From Eledone cirrhosa (Eukaryota): a stretch of DNA of 64,000 bases. Both the position numbers and the translations under genes were made by a program. The DNA is taken from assembly GCA_964016885.1 (NCBI GenBank), contig OZ024740.1, positions 426,498,001 through 426,562,000 on the forward strand, in the 5' to 3' direction. This document shows positions 53,800 through 64,000 of the stretch, one piece after another (within the stretch, counting starts at the first letter, position 1; every line of letters begins with the position of its first letter). The notes below the pieces were generated by a model. The model saw only the letters and a list, made by a program, of their open reading frames with translations, was not told the DNA's origin and did no database searches.

Positions 53800-54114
53800 C
53801 CCAAAGCAATATATCAGTTCCAGCATAAGATAATTAATATATCTCTAGATGTGAGACAAACATTATCCAAATATAAAGATTTGTAAAGAGATATAATCAG
53901 AAAGAGATATAATCAGAAAGAAATCCCAAAATAATACCGGCTAGGCGCTTTAAAACATTAAGCCAAAGGACCGTAACCCCTTAAAAGATGAAGTTAAGGA
54001 TATACACAGTACCAAAATGTCAGGACTTATGAAAAGTCTTAACATGCAGAAAAAAGCATCAATATATATTAATATATAAGATTAACGAATAATAATAATA
54101 ATAATAATAATAAT

Positions 54115-54172
54115 GTTTTCTTTATTAACCACAAGGGTTCACATAAAGTAGACATTAAGGACAGTACAGGAC
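54115..54172 (-). mobile_element. ~60-bp 3' tip of the Tx1-like LINE within (AAT)n
   Basis: Reverse complement matches 58090-58156 (GTCCTGTA..TTAATGTCTACTTTATGT.AACCCTTGTGGTTAATAAAGAAA). Confidence 0.8.
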
Positions 54173-54222
<50 letters not shown>

Positions 54223-54237
54223 GAAGAAGAAGAAGAA

Positions 54238-54268
<31 letters not shown>

Positions 54269-54834
54269 AAGAAGAAGAAGAAGAAGAAGAAGAAGAAGAA
54301 GAAGAAGAAGATTAATAACAATAAGAAAATGTAATGTTAGTTATAACAACTATATTCATAATAAGAATTGCTTGAACTGCTTTTTAGTTTAAAAGTTTCA
54401 CGTTAATCTTTCTTCATTTGAAAAAGGAAAGCAAAAGAAAAAGCACGAAGAAAGAAAGAAAAAATTAATTAAGGAAAGTCATCTGTTATTCATTTCTGGA
54501 ATAATTCCTTTTCACGGATGATAATATTAAAATGTCAACTTCAATTTATTTTCTCTCCAACATGGCGGCGGTAGAACTTTAAAATACTCACATCATCAGT
54601 AACATCAACATTATGAATATAAGCGAACATAGAGAAACATTACACACGTACACATATACACACATACACACGTATACATATACACACATACACGCGTACA
54701 CATATACACACGTACACACACATACAATTAGACACTCAAACACAAGTACATTTATAGATATACAGATGTACAGGCACACACAATCTCACAGACACAAGCA
54801 CGTACGCACACACACACACATATATACATGCATT

Positions 54835-54861
<27 letters not shown>

Positions 54862-54872
<11 letters not shown>

Positions 54873-55022
54873 ATACATACGTATATATATACATACATAT
54901 GGAAATACATATATAAATACATAATACATGGATATATACATAAATACATACATATAGAAAATCATACATACATATATAAATGCATATATATGTTTATATA
55001 TGCATATGTACACACGCACTCA

Positions 55023-55053
<31 letters not shown>

Positions 55054-55201
55054 ATGTCTATATATACATTCAAATGTATATATATATATATACATACATA
55101 GATATATATGTATGTATATATATATATATAAATACATTTGTATGTATATATATATATATATACATATACATTTGTATGTATATATATATATATACATTAA
55201 C

Positions 55202-55266
<65 letters not shown>

Positions 55267-55416
55267 TGCGTGTGTACATATGTATATATAAACATATATA
55301 TGCATTTATATATGCATGTATGATTTTATATATGTATGTATTTATGTATATATGCATGTATTATGTATTTATATATGTATTTACATATGTATGTATATAT
55401 ATACGTATGTATTTTG

Positions 55417-55424
<8 letters not shown>
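54862..55424. repeat. Inverted duplication (~165-bp arms) of TA/TACA-rich sequence
   Basis: 54862-55024 is the reverse complement of 55261-55424, including the non-periodic GTACACACGCACTCA and AAAATCATAC. Confidence 0.8.
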
Positions 55425-55493
<69 letters not shown>

Positions 55494-55651
55494 CCATAAA
55501 ATAAAAACGAAAGGTTGAAATACTTTAAAGAATACTTTTAAACGTTTTATATATTTTTTATAAATTTCATTTGACTGTTTTGCTAAGTTCCGTCCATTTT
55601 GTATATATTATAGCTGCTATTAATATTTCTGTTATTAATATTGTTCGTACT

Positions 55652-57066
55652 ATTGTTGGTGCTGTTGGTGGTGGGGTGGTTGAGGGGGGGGATGTTGGTG
55701 GTGGTGTGGTGGTGGTGGTGCTGTTGGTGGTGGTGGTGATGTTGTAGTTGGTGGTGGTGGTGGTGGGGTGGCTGGGAGGGGGCTGTTGGTGGTGGTGTGG
55801 TGGTGGTGTTTGTGGTGGTGCTGTTGGTGGTGATGTTGTAGTTGGTGGTGGTGGTGGTGTGGGGGGGGGGTTATTGTTGGTGGTGGTGTTGTTGTTGTTG
55901 TTGGTGGTGGTGTTGTTGTTGGTTGTGGTGCTGTTGTTGTTGCTGGTGGTGGTGTTGTTGGTGGTGGTGTTGTTGTTGGTGGTGGTGCTGTTGTTGTTGT
56001 TGGTGGTGTTGTTCTTGTTGGTGGTGGTGGTGTTGTTGTTGGTGGTGGTGTTGTTCTTGTTGGTGGTGGTGTTGTTGTTGGTGGTGGTGATGGTGGTGGT
56101 GGTGTTGGTGGTAGAGTTGATGTTGTTGGTGGTGGTGGTGGTGCTGTTGTTGGTGGTGGTGGTGCTGTTGTTGGTGGTGGTGGTGTTGTTGTTGGTGGTG
56201 ATGCTGTTGTTGGTGGTGGTGGTGTTGTTGTTCTTGTTGGTAGTGGTGTTGTTGTTGGTGGTGGTGGTGCTCTTGTTGTTGGTAGTGGTGTTGTTGTTGG
56301 TGGTGCTCTTGTTGTTGGTGGTAGAGTTGATGTTGTTGTTGTTGGTGGTGGTGGTGCTGTTGTTGTTGTTGGTGGTGGTGGTGGTGTTGTTGTTGTTGGT
56401 GGTGTTGATGTTGTTGTTGGTGGTGGTGTTGATGTTGTTGGTGGTGGTGCTGTTGTTGGTGGTGGTGGAGCTGTTGTTGATGTTGGTGGTGGTGGTGTTG
56501 TTGATGTTGGTGGTGGTGTAGTTGTTGTTGGTGGTGCTGTTGTTGTTGGTGGTGGTGGTGGTGGAGCTGTTGTTGATGTTGGTGGTGGTGTTGTTGATGT
56601 TGGTGGTGGTGGTGTTGTTGTTGTTGGTGGTGGTGGTGTTGTTGTTGTTGATGGTGGTGGTGTTGTTGTTGGTGTTGGTGCTGCTGTTGTTGTTTGTGGT
56701 GGTGGTGGTGTTGTTGGTGGTGGTGGTGTTGTTGTTGTTGTTGTTGGTGGTGTTGTTGTTGGTGGTGGTGGTGTTGTTGTTGTTGGTGGTAGTGGTGTTG
56801 TTGCTGGTGGTGGTGCTGCTGTTGTTGTTTGTGGTGGTGGTGGTGTTGTTGTTGGTGGTGGTGGTGTTGTTGTTGTTGGTGGTGGTGATGTTGTTGTTGG
56901 TGGTGGTGGTGTTGTTGTTGGTGGTGGTAGTGGTGTTGCTGTTGGTGGTGGTGCTGCTGTTGTTGTTTGTGGTGGTGGTGGTGGTGTTGTTGTTGGTGGT
57001 GGTGGTGTTGTTGTTGTTGGTGGTGGTGGTGTTGTTGTTTGTGGTGGTGGAGCTGTTGTTGTTTGT
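55652..57066. repeat. (GTT/GGT)n compound trinucleotide repeat
   Basis: Direct reading. Confidence 0.92.
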
Positions 57067-57258
57067 TATGTATCGGTTTTGAGTGTTTTGTTGCTGTTCT
57101 TCCTGTTGATGTTTTAACCACATTTTCCTCCATGTATTTAAGACTTTCTTTAAATTAACATCAATGGAATAAAAATGTCGTCTGATGAGTCTAACGGACA
57201 TATTCCACTTGGCAATAATTCTTCTGTCACATTAACTGTACATTATTAAATGTGATCG

Positions 57259-58165
57259 GTGGAAACTCCACCTCGGCGTTCTATAGAGGATTAGTGGAGG
57301 GGAAGAGCGACGACGTAATTGGAGAAACTCTAGGCTTCGACAAAAACGAACTAGCCAATCTCTTCGGAAGAACTTTCGGGCCGGGCCCTATGGACAACTT
57401 CCAGAAATCTTTGGCCTGGCAGTGCTACTGAGGAGCTTTGCCAGTTCGGGATAAACTCTACAGGCATGGAGGTGCCGTCAGCCGCGCATGTCCGAGATGC
57501 GCGCAGGTGGACGAAACCGTCCTGCACGCACTCGTCCAGTGACCGAAAATTGCTGACTTGTGGGTTTATGTCGAACACCTGCTGTCGCGTGTAGGACGGA
57601 TCCGGCTAGCATCTGAGTCCATCGTGAGGATTGCCCCACCCTCTTCCTTTAACCGGGAAGGGCAGGCAGTTTTTATCTGTCTGGTGGCCATGGCGAAAGA
57701 GATAGTATGGTGGACACGTTTGAAAGGGCTGAAGACGAGCACTTACCTCTTCGGTGATGCCCTGATTGACTTTTTCAAATTTCATTTGAAAAGGAAAATC
57801 AGAGTAGAGAGGGAAGTGCTCTCTTCCCAGCATTTTGTTGAAAGATGGGTGAGAGAAGCAAGAATGGCCCGAGTGAATGGGCCTACTCTGAGTATATATC
57901 TGTAAATTAAAGGTGGAAAACTGGGAGAGGGCACTTTTCTTGGTGGTCAGGGTAACTGTGGCCTTTTACTGGGCTTTCTCCACAAATGTCCCTCCGAAGT
58001 CTCCCCCCTATTGGGGAATTTTTCTTTGTTATTTTTTTGTTACATCCTCTGTTTTTGTTTTTTACACGCAGAAATGCCCATTTGCACCGTCCTGTATTGT
58101 CCTGCGCTGTCGTTAATGTCTACTTTATGTAAACCCTTGTGGTTAATAAAGAAATCATTATTATT
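57259..58165 (+). mobile_element. 5'-truncated Tx1/L1-clade LINE (zf-RVT region plus 3' UTR)
   Basis: Frame SLAWQCY*GALPVRDKLYRHG..CPRCAQVDETVLHALVQ*PKIADLW...AKEIVWWTR to the stop at 57905; 3' UTR ends AATAAAGAAATC(ATT)n. Confidence 0.85.
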
Positions 58166-58178
58166 ACTATTTCTCTTG

Positions 58179-58215
<37 letters not shown>

Positions 58216-58237
58216 GGATAATAAATGAAATCATTAT

Positions 58238-58425
58238 TGTGGATTGGCTGTATCGGGGGGGGGGGGGGGTCGGACGACATGCTTTGCAGCATAGTTACGT
58301 CCCTTTACGGACTGAGTTCAAATCCCGCCGAGGTTAACTTTGCCTTTCATCCTTACGGGGTCGATAAAATAAAGTACCAGTAATGTACTGGGTAATTGCT
58401 GGCCTTGTGCCAAAAGTAGAAATAG
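58238..58425 (+). mobile_element. OK/Nin-like SINE
   Basis: GTGGATTGGC head, GAGTTCAAATCCCGCCGAGG and Nin-like body. Confidence 0.8.
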
Positions 58426-58442
58426 TTATTACTATTATTAGT

Positions 58443-60280
58443 ATCACCATCACCATCACCATCATCACCATCACCATCACCACCATCATCACCATCACCA
58501 TCACCATCATCACCATCACCATCGCCATCGCCATCACCATCACCATCACCATCACCATCACCATCGCCATCACCACACCATCACCATCATCATCACCATT
58601 ACCATCACCATCACCATCACCATCATCATCACCATCACCATCATCACCACCATCACCATCACCATCACCATCGCCATCGCCATCACCATTACCATCACCA
58701 TCACCATCACCATCATCATCACCATCACCATCACCATTACCATCACCATCACCATCACCATCATCATCACCATCACCATCATCACCACCATCACCATCAC
58801 CATCACCACCATCACCATCACCATCCTCACCATCGCCATCGCCATCGCCATCGCCATCACCATCACCATCACCACCACCATCATCGGCATCGCCATCACC
58901 ATCGCCATCGCCATCACCATCACCATCATCACCACCATCACCATCACCATCACCATCACCATCGCCATCACCATCACCATCACCATCATCACCATCACCA
59001 TCATCACCATCACCATCACCATCACCATCACCATCACCATCATCATCACCATCACCATCATCACCATCACCATCACCATCACCATCATCATCACCATCAC
59101 CATCATCACCATCACCATCATCACCATCACCATCACCATCACCATCACCATCACCATCACCATCATCATCACCATCACCATCATCACCATCACCATCACC
59201 ATCGCCATCATCATCACCATCACCATCATCACCATCACCATCATCACCATCACCATCATCACCACCATCACCATCACCATCACCATCACCATCGCCATCA
59301 TCATCACCATCACCATCATCACCATCACCATCATCACCATCACCATCACCATCACCATCACCATCACCATCACCATCACCATCATCATCACCATCACCAT
59401 CATCACCATCACCATCACCATCACCATCACCATCACCATCATCATCACCATCACCATCATCACCACCATCACCATCACCATCACCATCACCACCATCACC
59501 ATCACCATCACCATCACCACCATCGCCATTACCTTCACCATCACCATCATCACCATCACCATCCTCACCATCACCACCACCATCACCATCACCATCATCG
59601 CCATCGCCATCACCATCACCATCATCACCACCATCACCATCACCATCACCATCACCATCACCATCACCATCATCACCATCACCATCATCACCACCATCAC
59701 CATCACCATCATCACCACCATCACCATCACCATCACCATCACCATCATCGTCACTATGATTATTATTTCGAAACACTTTCTTTCGATTTATAAAAGACAT
59801 ACATACACACACATACCTATAGATACATCCACACACACATACACACACTGATACACACACATACATACACACACACACTGATACACATGAACATACAGAC
59901 ACACAGATAGACACCCATAAACACATATACACACACACACATACACACATACACACACACACACATATACACACAGATACACAGTTACACACAGATACAC
60001 ACAGACACACACACACACAGACAGATGCACACATACACAGACACAGATACACATACACACAGACACACAGATACACACACACGCACACACTGATACACAT
60101 GAACATACAGATAGATACACACACATACACACAGATACATACATAAACACTCACAAACAGACACATACACACACATAAACACACATACACACATACACAC
60201 ACACACACCAACACACACACACATACACACACACACACACACATACACTAACATACACACATACACACACATAAACATAT
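58443..60280. repeat. (ACCATC)n/(CAT)n block followed by a (CA)n block
   Basis: Direct reading; source of the DG/SP/MV repeat ORFs. Confidence 0.92.
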
Positions 60281-61132
60281 ATATTTCATGTTTTATTATG
60301 TTTAATCTATTCTCTTTGTGTATTAATATATTTACATAGAATTTCTATTTCGTTGGAAGTAGTTTTCAGTTTTAAGCTCGTAATTGTTTCGTTTCACCTA
60401 CATTTTAATCTGTTTGTCAATGTGAACGGCTCGTTCGCCAATCAACTCACACAGTATTTAATTGATCTCAAAAAAGGCAAGTTTGACATTTCTGAAAGGA
60501 ATAACATTACAAAAATACTCCGTCTGTGCAAAATTACACGTCCTTTTACCGGTGAAATATTTTAATTTCAATACAATTTCTTGTGAAAAAAAAAGGGGTC
60601 TGGTTTATTATAAAAAAATATATATATGTAACAAAAATTTTAAAAATAATGAAGTAAAATAAATATAAAAATAACTAATTAGATAAATAAATAAAGTAAA
60701 TTACTTAAAATTGAATAGAATAAATATATAAAACTAAATAATGCTTTTAAAAATAAGACGAAAAGTTGGAATATGTTCAATAAAACAGCAAGTTATTTAT
60801 TTGTTTATATTCATATGAGATATGTCGGTAGAATTAAGAATAACTCACGATATTAGCACGTATATTTATGCTATATACACATATACAGAATATATGTAAG
60901 TGAGCATGCGTGTGTGCGTGCGTGTATATATATGAACGCTCGCTAAAGATAATAGGTAAATATACACTTCAGTGTACATGTCACCTCGTCTAAGTAGGAT
61001 GCATTGAAATCGTTCAATAAAAAAAAAATTAATATAATAGTTTATAACTGAAGGAAATTAAATGGGATTGAGGAATCTCGAATCTATCACACAAAGGAGA
61101 TATACATGAACACAAATGTATATGTATGTGTG

Positions 61133-61210
<78 letters not shown>

Positions 61211-61213
61211 TAT

Positions 61214-61255
<42 letters not shown>

Positions 61256-61594
61256 ATTTCTCCCGAATTAAGCAGTTCTAGTCCTGTAGAAGCCTTTTCA
61301 ATATTAAATATTTATACATGCTTTATATTGAGTACCTTCCTTACTGTGGTTACCCCCGATTGAACCTGGGATAAACTTTATATATATATTTGTGGTATAT
61401 AAATATTGAGTGTTGAGGAAGTAACTTACTGCCACTATAGGGATTGAAGGATCAAGACCATAGGGGTATGTCGAATAACCAATCTCTTGTGTTTTATCGG
61501 TGAAAGCGTACTAGAAAACCACTGTACCCTTGAAATATATATAATAAAATATATACTTTGGTTATGAAAGTATTTCTCATTTATTAATATTTTG

Positions 61595-61672
<78 letters not shown>

Positions 61673-61763
61673 TTGTAGAATTTGTATTTAATTTGTTGGA
61701 ATTCCGACAAACATAAATGCTTATAACTGATTTAGAGCACTCAACAGTGAGTGGAGTAAATAT

Positions 61764-61808
<45 letters not shown>

Positions 61809-61870
61809 GACAGAACCAGTATAAACTAGTTAGACCATTACTCAGCAGTGTTTTCGATACTTGGGGTAGT

Positions 61871-62003
61871 AGTTTATTCAGGTGTAACACACGTTTCGCA
61901 AGAGATCAGCTTAAATTTCGATCTCTGTCGATCGTGCCCGACTTGATAGAGATCGAACGTTGAACTGATCAATCGTGAAACGCGCGTCACACCTGAATAA
62001 ACT
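61871..62003. other. 133-bp imperfect hairpin containing a hammerhead 3' half
   Basis: AGTTTATTCAGGTGT/ACACCTGAATAAACT outer stem, inner TTCGATCTCT/AGAGATCGAA stem, GAAACGCGCGTC motif. Confidence 0.75.
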
Positions 62004-62053
62004 TAATGATAATTTGACACCTCCTCCCTACTTATTACTATATATATATGTAT

Positions 62054-62275
62054 GTGAAGGCACGTAGCTGAGTGGTTAGAGAATTGGATTTGTAATCGTG
62101 AGGCTGTGAGTTCGATTCCTGGACCGGGTGATGCATTATGTCCTTGAGCAAGACACTTTATTTTACGTTGCTCCTTCTACCTGGAGTTGCGACCGATAGA
62201 TAGTACTGGCAACTGGAAAGACCAATGGAAATATTGTTTCCTCGGTCCGAATTGACGAAAGTCGATCGACTGTCG
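62054..62275 (+). mobile_element. tRNA-derived CORE-like SINE
   Basis: A-box TAGCTGAGTGGTTAG, B-box GAGTTCGATTCC, CCTTGAGCAAGACACTT. Confidence 0.8.
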
Positions 62276-62520
62276 ATACATATATAGTTAACATTACATG
62301 AGTGAGAGAACACTATTCCATGCCTATTGTATTCCACCGGAAGAACGTGACAGTCTGAATCACGCCAGAGTTAAGACCAAATATTCTTGTTCTTTTAACT
62401 ACAACGGGAGCGCCACCAAGATTACAATTAGAAACATAACTACTACCAAAGAATGTACTCGGCCACTCGTGCAGCTAGAAATACCAGCTAAATCATTGGA
62501 ATTGGAGGGCACATTTAATA

Positions 62521-62695
62521 ATTGATTCTACTTTGGGCACAAGGCCAGCAAATACCGAGTGCATTACTGGTACTTTATTTTATCGACCCGTAAGGATGAA
62601 AGGCAAAGTTAACCTCGACAGGATTTTAACTCAAACCGTAAAGGGACGTAACTATGCTGGAAAACATGGCGTCCGACCATCTACCGATACTGCCT
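62521..62695 (-). mobile_element. OK/Nin-like SINE
   Basis: Reverse complement of the same SINE family. Confidence 0.78.
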
Positions 62696-63019
62696 AATGT
62701 TTCCTAAGTAACACTGATATGGGAAATGAACATAAACGAAATATAAACCTTACAGATCAGGTGTTTGATCTTATGTGAGGTCTGGTCTAAAGTTAAACGA
62801 CGATTACCACAACAGTTAATATCTACACTAAAAACACATTCATCATCACAATCAATAGCAGCAACACTACAACAAGCGATACCACAGGCATTACTACGTT
62901 GTTTCAAACACATCTACAACAGGCAGAAACACGAGCCATTCACAGGGAAGTCAAAACTACAAACACCACCTCCATTATAACAACACAACAACTAACAACA
63001 AAAACAGTAACACGCAGAC

Positions 63020-64000
63020 CACCAACCTTACCACAAGTAATGTTACAACACTACAACCACTACAACAACCACAACACCAACCTTACCTCAAGTAATATTA
63101 CAACACTACAACCACTACAACAACAACCACAACAACAACCTTACCACAAGTAATATTACAACACTACAACCACAACAACAACCACAACACCAACCACAAC
63201 ACCAACCTTCCCACAAGTAATATTACAACACTACAACCACTACAACAACCACAACAGCAACCTTACCACAAGTAATATTACAACACTACAACCACAACAA
63301 CAACCACAACACCAACCACAACACCAACCTTCCCACAAGTAATATTACAACACTACAACCACTACAACAACCACAACAGCAACCTTACCACAAGTAATAT
63401 TACAACACTACAACCACTACAACAACCACAACAACAACCACAACACCAACCTTACCTCAAGTAATATTACAACACTACAACCACTACAACAACAACCACA
63501 ACAACAACCTTACCACAAGTAGTATTACAACACTACAACCACTACAACAACCAAAACACCAACCTTCCCACAAGTAATATTACAACACTACAACCACAAC
63601 AACAACCACAACACCAACCTTACCTCAAGTAATATTACAACACTACAACCACTATTACAACCACAACACCAACCTTCCCACAAGTAATATTACAACACAA
63701 CAACCACAACAACAACCACAACACCAACCTTACCTCAAGTAATATTACAACACTACAACCACAACTACAACCACAACACCAACCTTACCTCAAGTAATAT
63801 TACAACACAACAACCACAACAACAACCACAACACCAACCTTACCACAAGTAATATTACAACACTACAACCACTACTACAACCACAACAACAACCACAACA
63901 CCAACCTTACCACAAGTAATATTACAACACTACAACCACTACTACAACCACTACAACAACCACAACACCAACCTTCCCTCAAGTAATATTACAACACTAC
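63020..64000. repeat. Variable-length (~55-66 bp) minisatellite, CCTTACCACAAGTAATATTACAACAC plus CAA/CCA triplets
   Basis: Fixed core AAGTAATATTACAACAC recurs with a variable number of triplets; runs off the right edge. Confidence 0.9.

Larger units (their letters stand above)
50430..54113 (+). mobile_element. Highly decayed Dong/R4 element interrupted by the hAT
   Basis: IRRSIFQG (50784), INHIFSKNHIKL (eroded YMDD motif, 50870), SQHWLKGTGLKHKTE, KCKICGG*EETIAYIVSRCFVLAK (CCHC, 51634). LSKYKDL follows the hAT, then a (TAA)n tail. Confidence 0.7.

Noticed and set aside
54555-54572. YY1-like CAACATGGCGGC (and ETS-like CACTTCCGG at 19332) as promoters
   Set aside because: Isolated motifs with no CpG island or downstream gene evidence.
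57175-57215. Hammerhead at CTGATGAGTCTAACGGAC
   Set aside because: Stem II is present but no GAAA follows and stem I is unconvincing.
58334-60244. DG-rich or SP-rich biomineral/extensin-like protein
   Set aside because: Translation of (ACCATC)n; the ORF ends lie in a SINE and a (CA)n tract.
62054-62130. tRNA genes at SINE heads (also 32338 and 34199)
   Set aside because: A/B boxes are present but there is no complete cloverleaf, and they continue into SINE bodies.

Overview
AT-rich, repeat-saturated eukaryotic DNA with no complete host gene visible. The SINE and LINE complement resembles octopus/cephalopod repeats (inference from recalled consensus motifs, not a search). The first 17.9 kb is a 29-bp satellite with multi-kb internal duplications. 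The rest is micro/minisatellites (20, 42, 45 and ~55-66 bp units) interleaved with tRNA-derived SINEs, decayed Dong/R4, RTE and Tx1/L1 LINE fragments, a hAT (Buster/Charlie) transposon with TIRs and TSD, a Helitron-like cluster, and a Penelope-like GIY-YIG fragment. The most notable signal is a set of fold-back elements set in (TA)n, each arm carrying an outward-facing type I hammerhead ribozyme motif (20.2-21.1 kb, 21.3-21.7 kb, 28.5-29.8 kb), plus several decayed or half hammerheads elsewhere. Most long ORFs in the track are artefacts of simple repeats.
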